Assembly: GCA_947305775.1 (NCBI GenBank)
Contig: CAMZEN010000006.1
Coordinates: 6,080 to 70,079 of the forward strand
Origin: an uncultured Verrucomicrobiota bacterium
GTDB taxonomy: Bacteria > Verrucomicrobiota > Kiritimatiellia > RFP12 > UBA1067
Length of the DNA stretch: 64,000 nucleotides
Direction of reading: 5' to 3'
Shown: one piece after another, positions 56,024-64,000 of the stretch
Layout of the letters: every line of letters begins with the position of its first letter
How positions within the stretch are numbered: position 1 is the first letter of the stretch
Program-made: the position numbers and the translations under genes
Notes under the pieces: generated by a model
What the model saw: only the letters and a program-made list of their open reading frames with translations
The model's database searches: none
What the model was told of the DNA's origin: nothing

Positions 56024-58743
56024 CGGCTACCTCCCTCTTCCGTTTCGCGAGCCCACTCCTCTATGCGCGACTTCTGGTCCGCCAGCCACGACTCGTCTAT
56101 GCCAGCCTCGGGCGATTCCCATACCAGCGAACCGTAGTCGTTGCGCCACTCCGTGCCCGACGGCGGATAGAATATGCCTCGGGCGATTCCTTCAAGGAGG
56201 TTTACGATGCGGTCTTCGGCGGCGCTTTGCAGTCCCTTGTGGCAGGCATGCGACTCGTCGAACATCGTGTCCTCGGCGCGCTCGGCAAGCACGCAGTAAA
56301 AGGCCTTCGAGTCGCGTGCTCGCTCGGCAGGGAAGCGTCCCGACGCCTCCACCATCGCGCGATACGCGGGAAGCTGTATGCTCTCGTAGTTCGCGGCGGC
56401 AGCGCGGCGCCAAGTCTTGTAGTCTATTATCGCGATCTCGCCGGAGCGTTCGTTGACGTCAATGCGATCCACCTTGCCTCTTATAAGTGTGGGCGCACCC
56501 TTTATCGTGCACGACAGGCTTTGCTCGGCAGCAACTATGCGCCATCCTTCCGCGCGCCGCGCGGCCTGAAGAGGAGCAAACGCCTTGAGCCGCGACAGCG
56601 CGGCTTCGCCTTGAAGCTCAATGACGGCTGGCAACGAGTCGCCAAAAGTCTTTAGCCGACTATGTAGAGCGGATTCAAGAAAGTCCGCAATCCCATCAGG
56701 ATCAGTCGAGTCGCGCACCGGACCTTTGGCGAAGTCGTCAAGCACCGCATGGCACAGGCTGCCGAACGCCAGTGCGTCCAACTCCTGTGCGCGGTCGTCG
56801 CTTCGCTCGCCGAAAGTCTCCTTAAGGAAGAAGCTGAAGGGACAGCGCATGTACTGGTCGAGGTTGGTCGCCGAAATCGAGTCGCGCCATCTGACTCCCT
56901 TTGGCGGAATGGGCAGCTTGAGCCGCCACGCCACAGGAAGCTCCTTCTGCGGAGCGCCTGATCCTCCCTTTGTGACAGCGTAAAGACGGGTCGCAAGAGA
57001 AGGCAGATCGGCATCATGCACACCCTCGAAAATGATGCGGCTCGGTTTCATCACGTTCTTGTCGGCGGATATCTGGTGAAGGTGGATATGCACCGCGCCC
57101 TTCGCCCTGCACCGGACGGCCTCAGCGAATATGAACGAATCGCGCCGCGCCCTGGACACATTAGTTGTCAGGCCAAGCCTTTCTCGGAGGGAGTCCGGAA
57201 CGAAAGGATGGCCGACCACGTTTTCGGGGACGCACCCTTCATTGAAGCCCGCAAAGACCAGTTCGTCTTCAGCGCACCATGGAACCTCCAGCCAGCCAAG
57301 AGCTGTCAGCACATGAGGAGCTGTCGGCTCCAGCATGAAGGTCGCGTTCTTGAGCAGCCTCGCATAGAGCGCACTGCGAAGGCGTGGCGGAATCGTGTCG
57401 TCGCTGCATTCTTCGCGAAGTCTGCGCGCCTCGGCTGCGGCGGCCACAAGCTCGCGGTCGCCAGGATTGCGCTCGTCTAGGACGACGGTCGCGAATATCT
57501 TGGAGAGGAATGCAAACGGATCATCCAGCTCGGCCTTGATCGCCCGCGCAAGCAAGGCAAGGCCCGCGCAGGCGCTGCGCTCTTCCGCTCGCCAGGCGGA
57601 GAGCGACTCCGCCTCGGCGCCGGCAATCGTCTCGTCCAGCGTGCGCGGCAAGTGAGCATTCTGAACGCCGTCGAGCGCGCCGACGAATCGCGCCACCTCT
57701 GCCTTGGAGACCTTGAGCGCATCCGCTGCCCAGCGCGCGACGTCACCGCTCCGGACAAAAGCCGAGAACGTATCGTAGTCGCCGCGGGCCGAAAGGTCGA
57801 GCATGCCGACGAGCAGGCGTCCAAGCGCGGACTTCGCAAATGGCTCGCGCGATGGATTCTTCAGAGTCAACTCGTCTTCTGCGAAATGGTTCTGGAACGC
57901 GCCTTCGAGCTCAGGGTACATCTCCGCGTCGCATACGGCAAGTGCAGGGAGCGCATCAGTCGGGGCCACATTGCGAAAACGCCGCGCGATATCGTCCGCC
58001 TCTATGACGGCAGTGGGGGCGGCCGAAATCTCGTCCGGCGGCACTTCGGCCGCGAACATCTCGATTGGACGACCCCATTTGTCGAACTTGGCGTCCTCGG
58101 ATTCTAAGGCGTGCACAAGCACTGTCACGCGCTGACTGGAGGACTCAAGATACTTGACAAGCGCGCCTGGAACATCGACCGCCGCGGGGAGGACTATATC
58201 CTCAATGCCTTCCAATGTGCAGCCACGACGCACAGCGCTGCGACGTGCCATTATGGACGGCACGACACCCCTCGCCTCAAGCGCGACGAAGAACGACTTC
58301 TCCAAAGTAGCAAGGTCGCGCCAGCGCGCGGCATCTTCGTCGCAGACGACTTCGCCCATCGTCATAGCCTGCTCGCCAAGGAGCGACGATATGCCGAGGA
58401 GTTGCGAAGCGATCTCAAGGGCCCAATCTACGGTGCGCGCCGAGGGGGGGCGAGGGAAGAGCGAGCCGAGCCTGGCTAAATCGACATCGAGAAGAACCTC
58501 CGCCATCGCCGCAAGTTCCTCGGCCTCGGTCGCCACACGCATGTTCGCGTCGGCGAGGAGATCCCGCACCATGACCGCCTTGGGAGGAAGCACGCCGCGC
58601 GCGCCAAACGCCTCGGCAAGCGCAAGTCGCAGACTCCGAGCCGACTGGGCCGTCGGCACGACCACCAGCACATGCGCAAGCGATGCCGCGCCGGAGGAAT
58701 CTTTGCGAGCCGCGCCGGAAAGCCAGCGGACAACTTCGTCCAC
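56020..58743 (-). CDS. PD-(D/E)XK nuclease family protein (AddB-like, degenerate ATPase)
   Basis: GKVDRIDV...IAIIDYKT nuclease motif plus flanking Cys residues (YMRCPFSFF...CVL...HACH). No intact Walker A. 4-nt overlap with the AddA-like gene. Confidence 0.7.
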   Translation of the reverse strand: MDEVVRWLSGAARKDSSGAASLAHVLVVVPTAQSARSLRLALAEAFGARGVLPPKAVMVRDLLADANMRVATEAEELAAMAEVLLDVDLARLGSLFPRPPSARTVDWALEIASQLLGISSLLGEQAMTMGEVVCDEDAARWRDLATLEKSFFVALEARGVVPSIMARRSAVRRGCTLEGIEDIVLPAAVDVPGALVKYLESSSQRVTVLVHALESEDAKFDKWGRPIEMFAAEVPPDEISAAPTAVIEADDIARRFRNVAPTDALPALAVCDAEMYPELEGAFQNHFAEDELTLKNPSREPFAKSALGRLLVGMLDLSARGDYDTFSAFVRSGDVARWAADALKVSKAEVARFVGALDGVQNAHLPRTLDETIAGAEAESLSAWRAEERSACAGLALLARAIKAELDDPFAFLSKIFATVVLDERNPGDRELVAAAAEARRLREECSDDTIPPRLRSALYARLLKNATFMLEPTAPHVLTALGWLEVPWCAEDELVFAGFNEGCVPENVVGHPFVPDSLRERLGLTTNVSRARRDSFIFAEAVRCRAKGAVHIHLHQISADKNVMKPSRIIFEGVHDADLPSLATRLYAVTKGGSGAPQKELPVAWRLKLPIPPKGVRWRDSISATNLDQYMRCPFSFFLKETFGERSDDRAQELDALAFGSLCHAVLDDFAKGPVRDSTDPDGIADFLESALHSRLKTFGDSLPAVIELQGEAALSRLKAFAPLQAARRAEGWRIVAAEQSLSCTIKGAPTLIRGKVDRIDVNERSGEIAIIDYKTWRRAAAANYESIQLPAYRAMVEASGRFPAERARDSKAFYCVLAERAEDTMFDESHACHKGLQSAAEDRIVNLLEGIARGIFYPPSGTEWRNDYGSLVWESPEAGIDESWLADQKSRIEEWARETEEGGSR

Positions 58744-58792
58744 GAGCTTCCTTGATGGATCCAGGTGCTCGCGCGCCAGCGTCAGGGGGAAC

Positions 58793-59815
<1,023 letters not shown>

Positions 59816-59841
59816 GAACAGATGCTTCCTTTCTTATGAAT

Positions 59842-62139
59842 TCACTTGTTGTCGCGGAAGAACTTCTTCATCTCCTCCGCAGTCTTGCACTCGCACAGTC
59901 GCGCATAGCCGTCGTTCACCCTGAGCACGCGCGATATGCTCGCCATAAGTTGCAGGTATGGAGTCTGCGCCTGGTCGTTCGCGACGAGAAGGACTATGAC
60001 CTTAACCGGGCGGCCGTCGAGCGTGCCGTAGTCGTAGAGCGTACCCTTTTCGCCGGCCCCCTCGTTGTCGACGATCGCGACCGCGCCTGCAACGCCTGTG
60101 ACGGATGGATCTCGGCCATGCGGCACCGCAATGCCGAAGTCGAGGCCCGTGGATGAAGACTCTTCGCGCTTCAGCACCGCCGCGGTCGCGGCCGCGCAAT
60201 CGCGCACGTGGTTCGGACACTCCTTGGCGACCGCCGCGACAATCGTCTCAAGCGCCTCCTTCTTGTTGGCGGCCTTGAACGACGGCAGCATCACGAAGCC
60301 CTGCAGATAGCGCAGAACGTTCCGCGTCGAAGCTGGCTTCTTGACGGTTGCGGTATCCTTGAGGAGTCTCACGAAGTCATCGCGGCGCATCGGCTTGGAG
60401 ATGGAACGGGCCAGATCGTTGACCTTGCTCGCCACTTCCATCCAGGCCGTCATCACCATCGCCTCTTCCTCGGGCGTGCACTGGATAAGGATGCTCTTTT
60501 CGTCACGGCGCACGGACAGCTCCATGTCGTCCATGGCGATCTCCCAAATGTTGTCCTCTTTGGAGAGCAGGGACGTGTAGAAGCCTTCGTTGCGGAACTC
60601 CGCGACGAGCTTCGTAGTGACGTAGTCGGCGACGTCAGACGACTCCATCTCGAAGCATATCTCGCGCGACTCGGAGTGGTTCGCCTTCGGATGGCGAACG
60701 CCGCGCGCCTTTGGCTTGAACAGCGCGACTAGCGCGGGCGGCGCGGCAACGGTCGTTATGAGCGTCATAAGAATGCCGATGCCGAATATCTCCTGGGTCA
60801 GGTACTTTGAGGAAAGGCCGATGCCGGCGATGATGAGGGCGACCTCGCCGCGCGGAACCATGCCTGCGCCGATGCGAAGTCCTCCAAGGGCGTTGAAGCC
60901 GCAGCACATCGACGGGACCATGCATCCGAGAACCTTCGCGGCGATTGCGAGAACGGTGTAGATCGCGCCAAAGACGAGCACGGGCGTGGAGCAGAGCTGG
61001 GTGACGTCCACCATCATGCCCATGACGCAGAAGAATATCGGCACCAGGAACGTGTATACAGGCGAGAGAGTCTCCTGTATCATGTGCTTGAGGTCGGTGC
61101 GCGACAGCGCCAGGCCCATGACGTACGCGCCGATGATCATAGCCAGACCCATGAACTCGAAGAAGCCCGCGAGTATGAGGGAAAGGCCGAACGCCATGGT
61201 GGCGATGACGAGCGGCGAGCGAAATGTCCGCTTAAGGAAATCGGATATGCGGCGGGCCGCGAATACGCCGATTGCCGTGGCGCCGAGCCACACGCCGAAC
61301 GCCTTGAGCGCGACAACGCCGATCTCGCCCCAGTTCATGCCGTCCGCCGCCGCGCCGCCGCGCGCGTTCGCGGCGATTATGCCGTTTCCGATAGCGAGCA
61401 CAATGAGGCCGAGCACGTCGTCGATCACTGCGCCGGCCATGATGGTGGTGCCCTCTTCGCTATCCATCTTCTTCTTCTCGGAGAGTATGCGCGCGGTGAT
61501 GCCGACCGATGTCGCGGTGGACATTATGCCCATGTAGAGCGGCGCTTCCTTTGTCATCGCCTCGGCGAGCGGAAGCCCCTGCAGAAACGCGAAGCTATCG
61601 AAGAAGCGCGGCAGAAGGTAGACGGCGCACAGATCGCCGAACAGGAACGAAACCAGCACGCCGCCGACACCCACCATCGAGCCGACGAACGAGTACTTGA
61701 GGAACATCTTGAGGTTCGTCTCAAGCCCCGAAAGGAACAGAAGTATGACCGAAGCGAGCGTGGCTATGCCGTAAAGCGCGGGCGACGCGGCATCGAAGGC
61801 AACGCCTGTCGACGAGGCGATGCTGCGCAGCGCGGCGCCGTGGAACAATCCTTCCGCGAACAGTCCATCGCCAAACCCTATCCCGCCTAGAGCCCATGGG
61901 CCAATGACTATGCCGGCCGCCAGTTCACCTAGGATGGAAGGCAGCCTGACGAGCGAGGCCAACATGCCGCCCAGCTTGGCAGCAAAGATTATCAGGCCGA
62001 TCTGCAGAACGAGGAACATCATCTCCTCTGTTCGCGGCAGTCCGAAATTAGGATAAGGCGGCGGCGCGACGTGACCGGCAAAAGCGCACGCAGCGGCCAT
62101 CGCGCCAGCGGCGAGAACCAGCATCTTTTTGTATTTCAT
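59842..62139 (-). CDS. CPA2-type cation:proton antiporter fused to a C-terminal PTS EIIA(Ntr/Fru)-type domain
   Basis: N-terminal approximately 12-TM Kef/NapA-like region (LPSILGELAAGIVIGP). C-terminal ...TGLDFGIAVPHGRD...VKVIVLLV..., an EIIA-2-like region with candidate phospho-His. Confidence 0.8.
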   Translation of the reverse strand: MKYKKMLVLAAGAMAAACAFAGHVAPPPYPNFGLPRTEEMMFLVLQIGLIIFAAKLGGMLASLVRLPSILGELAAGIVIGPWALGGIGFGDGLFAEGLFHGAALRSIASSTGVAFDAASPALYGIATLASVILLFLSGLETNLKMFLKYSFVGSMVGVGGVLVSFLFGDLCAVYLLPRFFDSFAFLQGLPLAEAMTKEAPLYMGIMSTATSVGITARILSEKKKMDSEEGTTIMAGAVIDDVLGLIVLAIGNGIIAANARGGAAADGMNWGEIGVVALKAFGVWLGATAIGVFAARRISDFLKRTFRSPLVIATMAFGLSLILAGFFEFMGLAMIIGAYVMGLALSRTDLKHMIQETLSPVYTFLVPIFFCVMGMMVDVTQLCSTPVLVFGAIYTVLAIAAKVLGCMVPSMCCGFNALGGLRIGAGMVPRGEVALIIAGIGLSSKYLTQEIFGIGILMTLITTVAAPPALVALFKPKARGVRHPKANHSESREICFEMESSDVADYVTTKLVAEFRNEGFYTSLLSKEDNIWEIAMDDMELSVRRDEKSILIQCTPEEEAMVMTAWMEVASKVNDLARSISKPMRRDDFVRLLKDTATVKKPASTRNVLRYLQGFVMLPSFKAANKKEALETIVAAVAKECPNHVRDCAAATAAVLKREESSSTGLDFGIAVPHGRDPSVTGVAGAVAIVDNEGAGEKGTLYDYGTLDGRPVKVIVLLVANDQAQTPYLQLMASISRVLRVNDGYARLCECKTAEEMKKFFRDNK

Positions 62140-62205
62140 GATAGACTTGTATTATACCACATCCCGTTGCTTTGCGTCACGTCATGTTGGCATTCAGTCT
62201 CCCCC

Positions 62206-63187
62206 TGCGGGGACAGTCCCCGCATTTCACGATCAGCCGCAAAGCCCCGCATATGCCATCCCTCGCCCTCATGCCGCCTTCTCCAGTCTCGCCGCGAGCA
62301 CCCATCCGTGCGACGCGTAGCCGAGCCCCTTTACCTTCCTCGCCCTCGCGCTGCGGGAGCGCACCTTCTCCGAGAAGAAGCCCAGCATCTCCGACACGAA
62401 CGCCGCGCTCCCGAACAGCTTCCCGCCCGAGATCTGCGCTATACGCCTGGTAAGGGCCCTCTCATCGAGGGGACTGTCCCCGCATGAATGGCCTATGACG
62501 GAGAGAAGCCACTCGCGGCAGCGCTTCGCGAAGGCGCTCCCCCGCCTCGCCGCGCCGACCGTGTTCCAGGCGTAGCCCTCCGCGCTTCCGGTGAGGCCCG
62601 CACGCACGGGGTTGAGCTCCACGTAGGCCGCGCAGCGGCGGAGGTACTCGGCCTCGCCGACGAGCGTGCTCCTGAAGCGACCTTCCCATATCGTGCCTGT
62701 GTAGGGGCGGAGCCTGCGGAAGCGGCGGCCGAACTCCTCCTTGAACGTCTTCACGAACTGGCTCAGGTCGTTCATCCTAGCCCGCAGGCGGGCGATCTCG
62801 CCCTCGGCGGCCAGGCTGTCGCCCTTGGCGCGAAGGTTCCTGAGGTGCGATTCAAGGCGAAGAGAGGCCTTGGCGCCCATGAGCGCGGCGTAGCGCCTCA
62901 GGACCTCGGCTTCGGGGACTGTCCCCGCAGGGGCGGGAACCTGGAGAACCATGTGGAAATGGTTGTCCATTATCGCGAACGCGCCGATTTTGACCCCGCT
63001 GAACTCCGCGGTGCGCTCCAGGGCGTCCAGCATCTCGCGCTTCACCTCGGGGTCCGCGAGCAGCATGCGACGCCCCGCTATGCGGGAGGTGACGTGGTGG
63101 AACGCGTCGCGGTCCGTGAACTTGATCCTTCTTGTCCTTGCCATACCGGTTGCTCCTTTCGTTTGACGGTGCGGGGACAGTCCCCGC
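62206..63187 (-). mobile_element. RAYT unit: HUH/Y1 transposase gene flanked by REP palindromes on both sides
   Basis: TGCGGGGACAGTCCCCGCA at 62206-62224 (45 nt past the stop) and GCGGGGACAGTCCCCGC at 63171-63187 (27 nt before the start). Confidence 0.7.
62269..63144 (-). CDS. REP-associated tyrosine transposase (IS200/Y1 HUH family)
   Basis: HUH motif MDNHFHMVL and Tyr motif AAYVELNPVRAGL. Start trimmed to MARTRRIKF (ATG 63144). Two REP cores lie inside the CDS (62469-62481, 62914-62926). Confidence 0.75.
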   Translation of the reverse strand: MARTRRIKFTDRDAFHHVTSRIAGRRMLLADPEVKREMLDALERTAEFSGVKIGAFAIMDNHFHMVLQVPAPAGTVPEAEVLRRYAALMGAKASLRLESHLRNLRAKGDSLAAEGEIARLRARMNDLSQFVKTFKEEFGRRFRRLRPYTGTIWEGRFRSTLVGEAEYLRRCAAYVELNPVRAGLTGSAEGYAWNTVGAARRGSAFAKRCREWLLSVIGHSCGDSPLDERALTRRIAQISGGKLFGSAAFVSEMLGFFSEKVRSRSARARKVKGLGYASHGWVLAARLEKAA

Positions 63188-63222
63188 GCCACGCAACCAT
63201 TATCGCAAATAATTTCGTTTCC

Positions 63223-63268
63223 AATGTTACGTGAATGTTACGCGAATGTTACGATTTCGTAACATTCG
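63223..63268. repeat. AATGTTACG x3 at 11-bp phasing, ending in a perfect 12-bp inverted repeat CGAATGTTACGA-TT-TCGTAACATTCG
   Basis: Direct repeats at 63223, 63234 and 63245. Inverted-repeat arms at 63243-63254 and 63257-63268. Confidence 0.9.
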
Positions 63269-63405
63269 ATTTCGGGTTTTGGGAGTCAAAAAGCGCATTT
63301 CGCCCTTATGGCACAGGGGTTTCATGCGCATCTCCCTTCCGGATTTCAGGAATGCGGTTTTTGCAAGAGTTTGTAAATGGCTCAAAACGAGGTCTACAGC
63401 ATCAT

Positions 63406-63485
63406 GCGGGGACAGTCCCCGCCCTCAAAGGTCAGGATGCTACTAGTTCTGCCGGTGAGGATGCCAGTGCGGGGACTGTCCCCGC
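63406..63485. repeat. REPIN-like doublet: two REPs in inverted orientation separated by 46 nt
   Basis: GCGGGGACAGTCCCCGC (63406-63422) and GCGGGGACTGTCCCCGC (63469-63485). Confidence 0.85.
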
Positions 63486-63574
63486 ATGGAAAATGTCTGG
63501 CGGGGAGTTGCGGAGAAACAAACGGGAGGACAAACCGCCAAGCGACGCAACACCGACACCAGACAAAGGAAATT

Positions 63575-63587
63575 GGGGACTGTCCCC
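63575..63587. repeat. REP core GGGGACTGTCCCC
   Basis: Exact 13-mer. Confidence 0.8.
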
Positions 63588-63600
63588 GAAATGAAAGTCT

Positions 63601-63674
63601 AAAAAGCGGGCGGGAGCTGCCTGTTTTCAACTCCCGCCCTTGCGACGGTGAAAGTGTGCGTTTTCACCATCGCC
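63601..63674 (-). terminator. second copy of the conserved two-hairpin 3' module
   Basis: Aligns with 40823-40896. Its differences in hairpin 1 are compensatory. Confidence 0.7.
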
Positions 63675-63691
63675 AAGTCCAGAAACCCTAG

Positions 63692-64000
63692 TTAGTACAC
63701 TGAGAAGATCGTACCCCACGCCGGCTTGCCCCAGATCTCGATCACGCCGGTTTCGAGGGCGGTAGCATCCATCGTCGGCATTGCCACATTAAATGTCCAG
63801 TTGAGTGTCTGGTCAGCAAGTGTACTATTAGCCCTATCATACTGACCATGCACGGCAAAGTTACCAATACCCAAGGCGTTATTATTTCCAGCGGTGTTGA
63901 AGCCATTGAAGTCGAACAGCATCTGCGCCTCCAAGAGCTTGCGGTGTTGGGTCGCGGTCGCGCCGTCAAAGATGCGAGCCATGTTCATTACGCCCCACGA
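63692..64000 (-). CDS. C-terminal part of a protein ending ...WGTIFSVY (gene probably continues past the right edge)
   Basis: The reading frame is open to the window end. It shares the last 7 residues and the 3' module with the giant protein. Confidence 0.6.
   Translation of the reverse strand, partial: SWGVMNMARIFDGATATQHRKLLEAQMLFDFNGFNTAGNNNALGIGNFAVHGQYDRANSTLADQTLNWTFNVAMPTMDATALETGVIEIWGKPAWGTIFSVY

Noticed and set aside
59816-59841. LexA/SOS box upstream of recA
   Set aside because: The gap is only 26 nt and contains no dyad. A lone TGTTC next to the ATG is not enough.

Overview
High-GC bacterial chromosomal segment with almost all real genes on the minus strand. The many long plus-strand ORFs in the track are antisense shadow ORFs. 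I recognised no rRNA, tRNA or CRISPR.

Core blocks:
- tig-clpP-clpX-panD and hom-lysC.
- A stress and transcription supercluster: clpB | dnaK-groES-groEL | rpoB-rpoC-rnr.
- A voltage-gated K+ channel, a TPR protein and an M48 protease.
- rpe, an L,D-transpeptidase, rnd and a NYN-domain gene.
- recA, AddB-like, AddA-like and flavoprotein genes.
- A CPA2 antiporter fused to a PTS-EIIA domain.

Three accessory regions stand out:
1. 1-6.3 kb is a mobile-element-like block with a Prim-Pol/helicase. Inside it, an Avd-like four-helix-bundle gene, a NACHT (STAND) NTPase and a sigma-like ORF form a 4.2-kb cassette bracketed by a perfect 20-bp inverted repeat.
2. 37.9-52.0 kb is an island between rpe and the flavoprotein/AddAB-like/recA genes. 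It starts with a gene-free 0.9-kb region holding 22-bp-phased palindromic iterons and two inverted ~190-bp non-coding arms. It also holds a tripartite hipB-hipS-hipT module, a further 22-bp-phased repeat array, a ~3420-aa secreted repeat protein with an embedded SGNH esterase, and an orphan RelB/DinJ antitoxin.
3. 62.2-63.7 kb holds a RAYT (HUH/Y1) transposase with its GCGGGGAC(A/T)GTCCCCGC REP family. Copies of this REP also sit in-frame inside coding sequences.

The leads that look most novel:
- The inverted-repeat-bracketed four-helix-bundle + NACHT cassette.
- Near-identical sigma54-type -24/-12 elements in front of both dnaK and clpB, with a 40-bp nested dyad upstream of dnaK.
- The iteron and inverted-arm region next to hipBST.
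- A shared C-terminal GTIFSVY tail plus a conserved two-hairpin 3' module with compensatory substitutions, present on two surface-protein genes.
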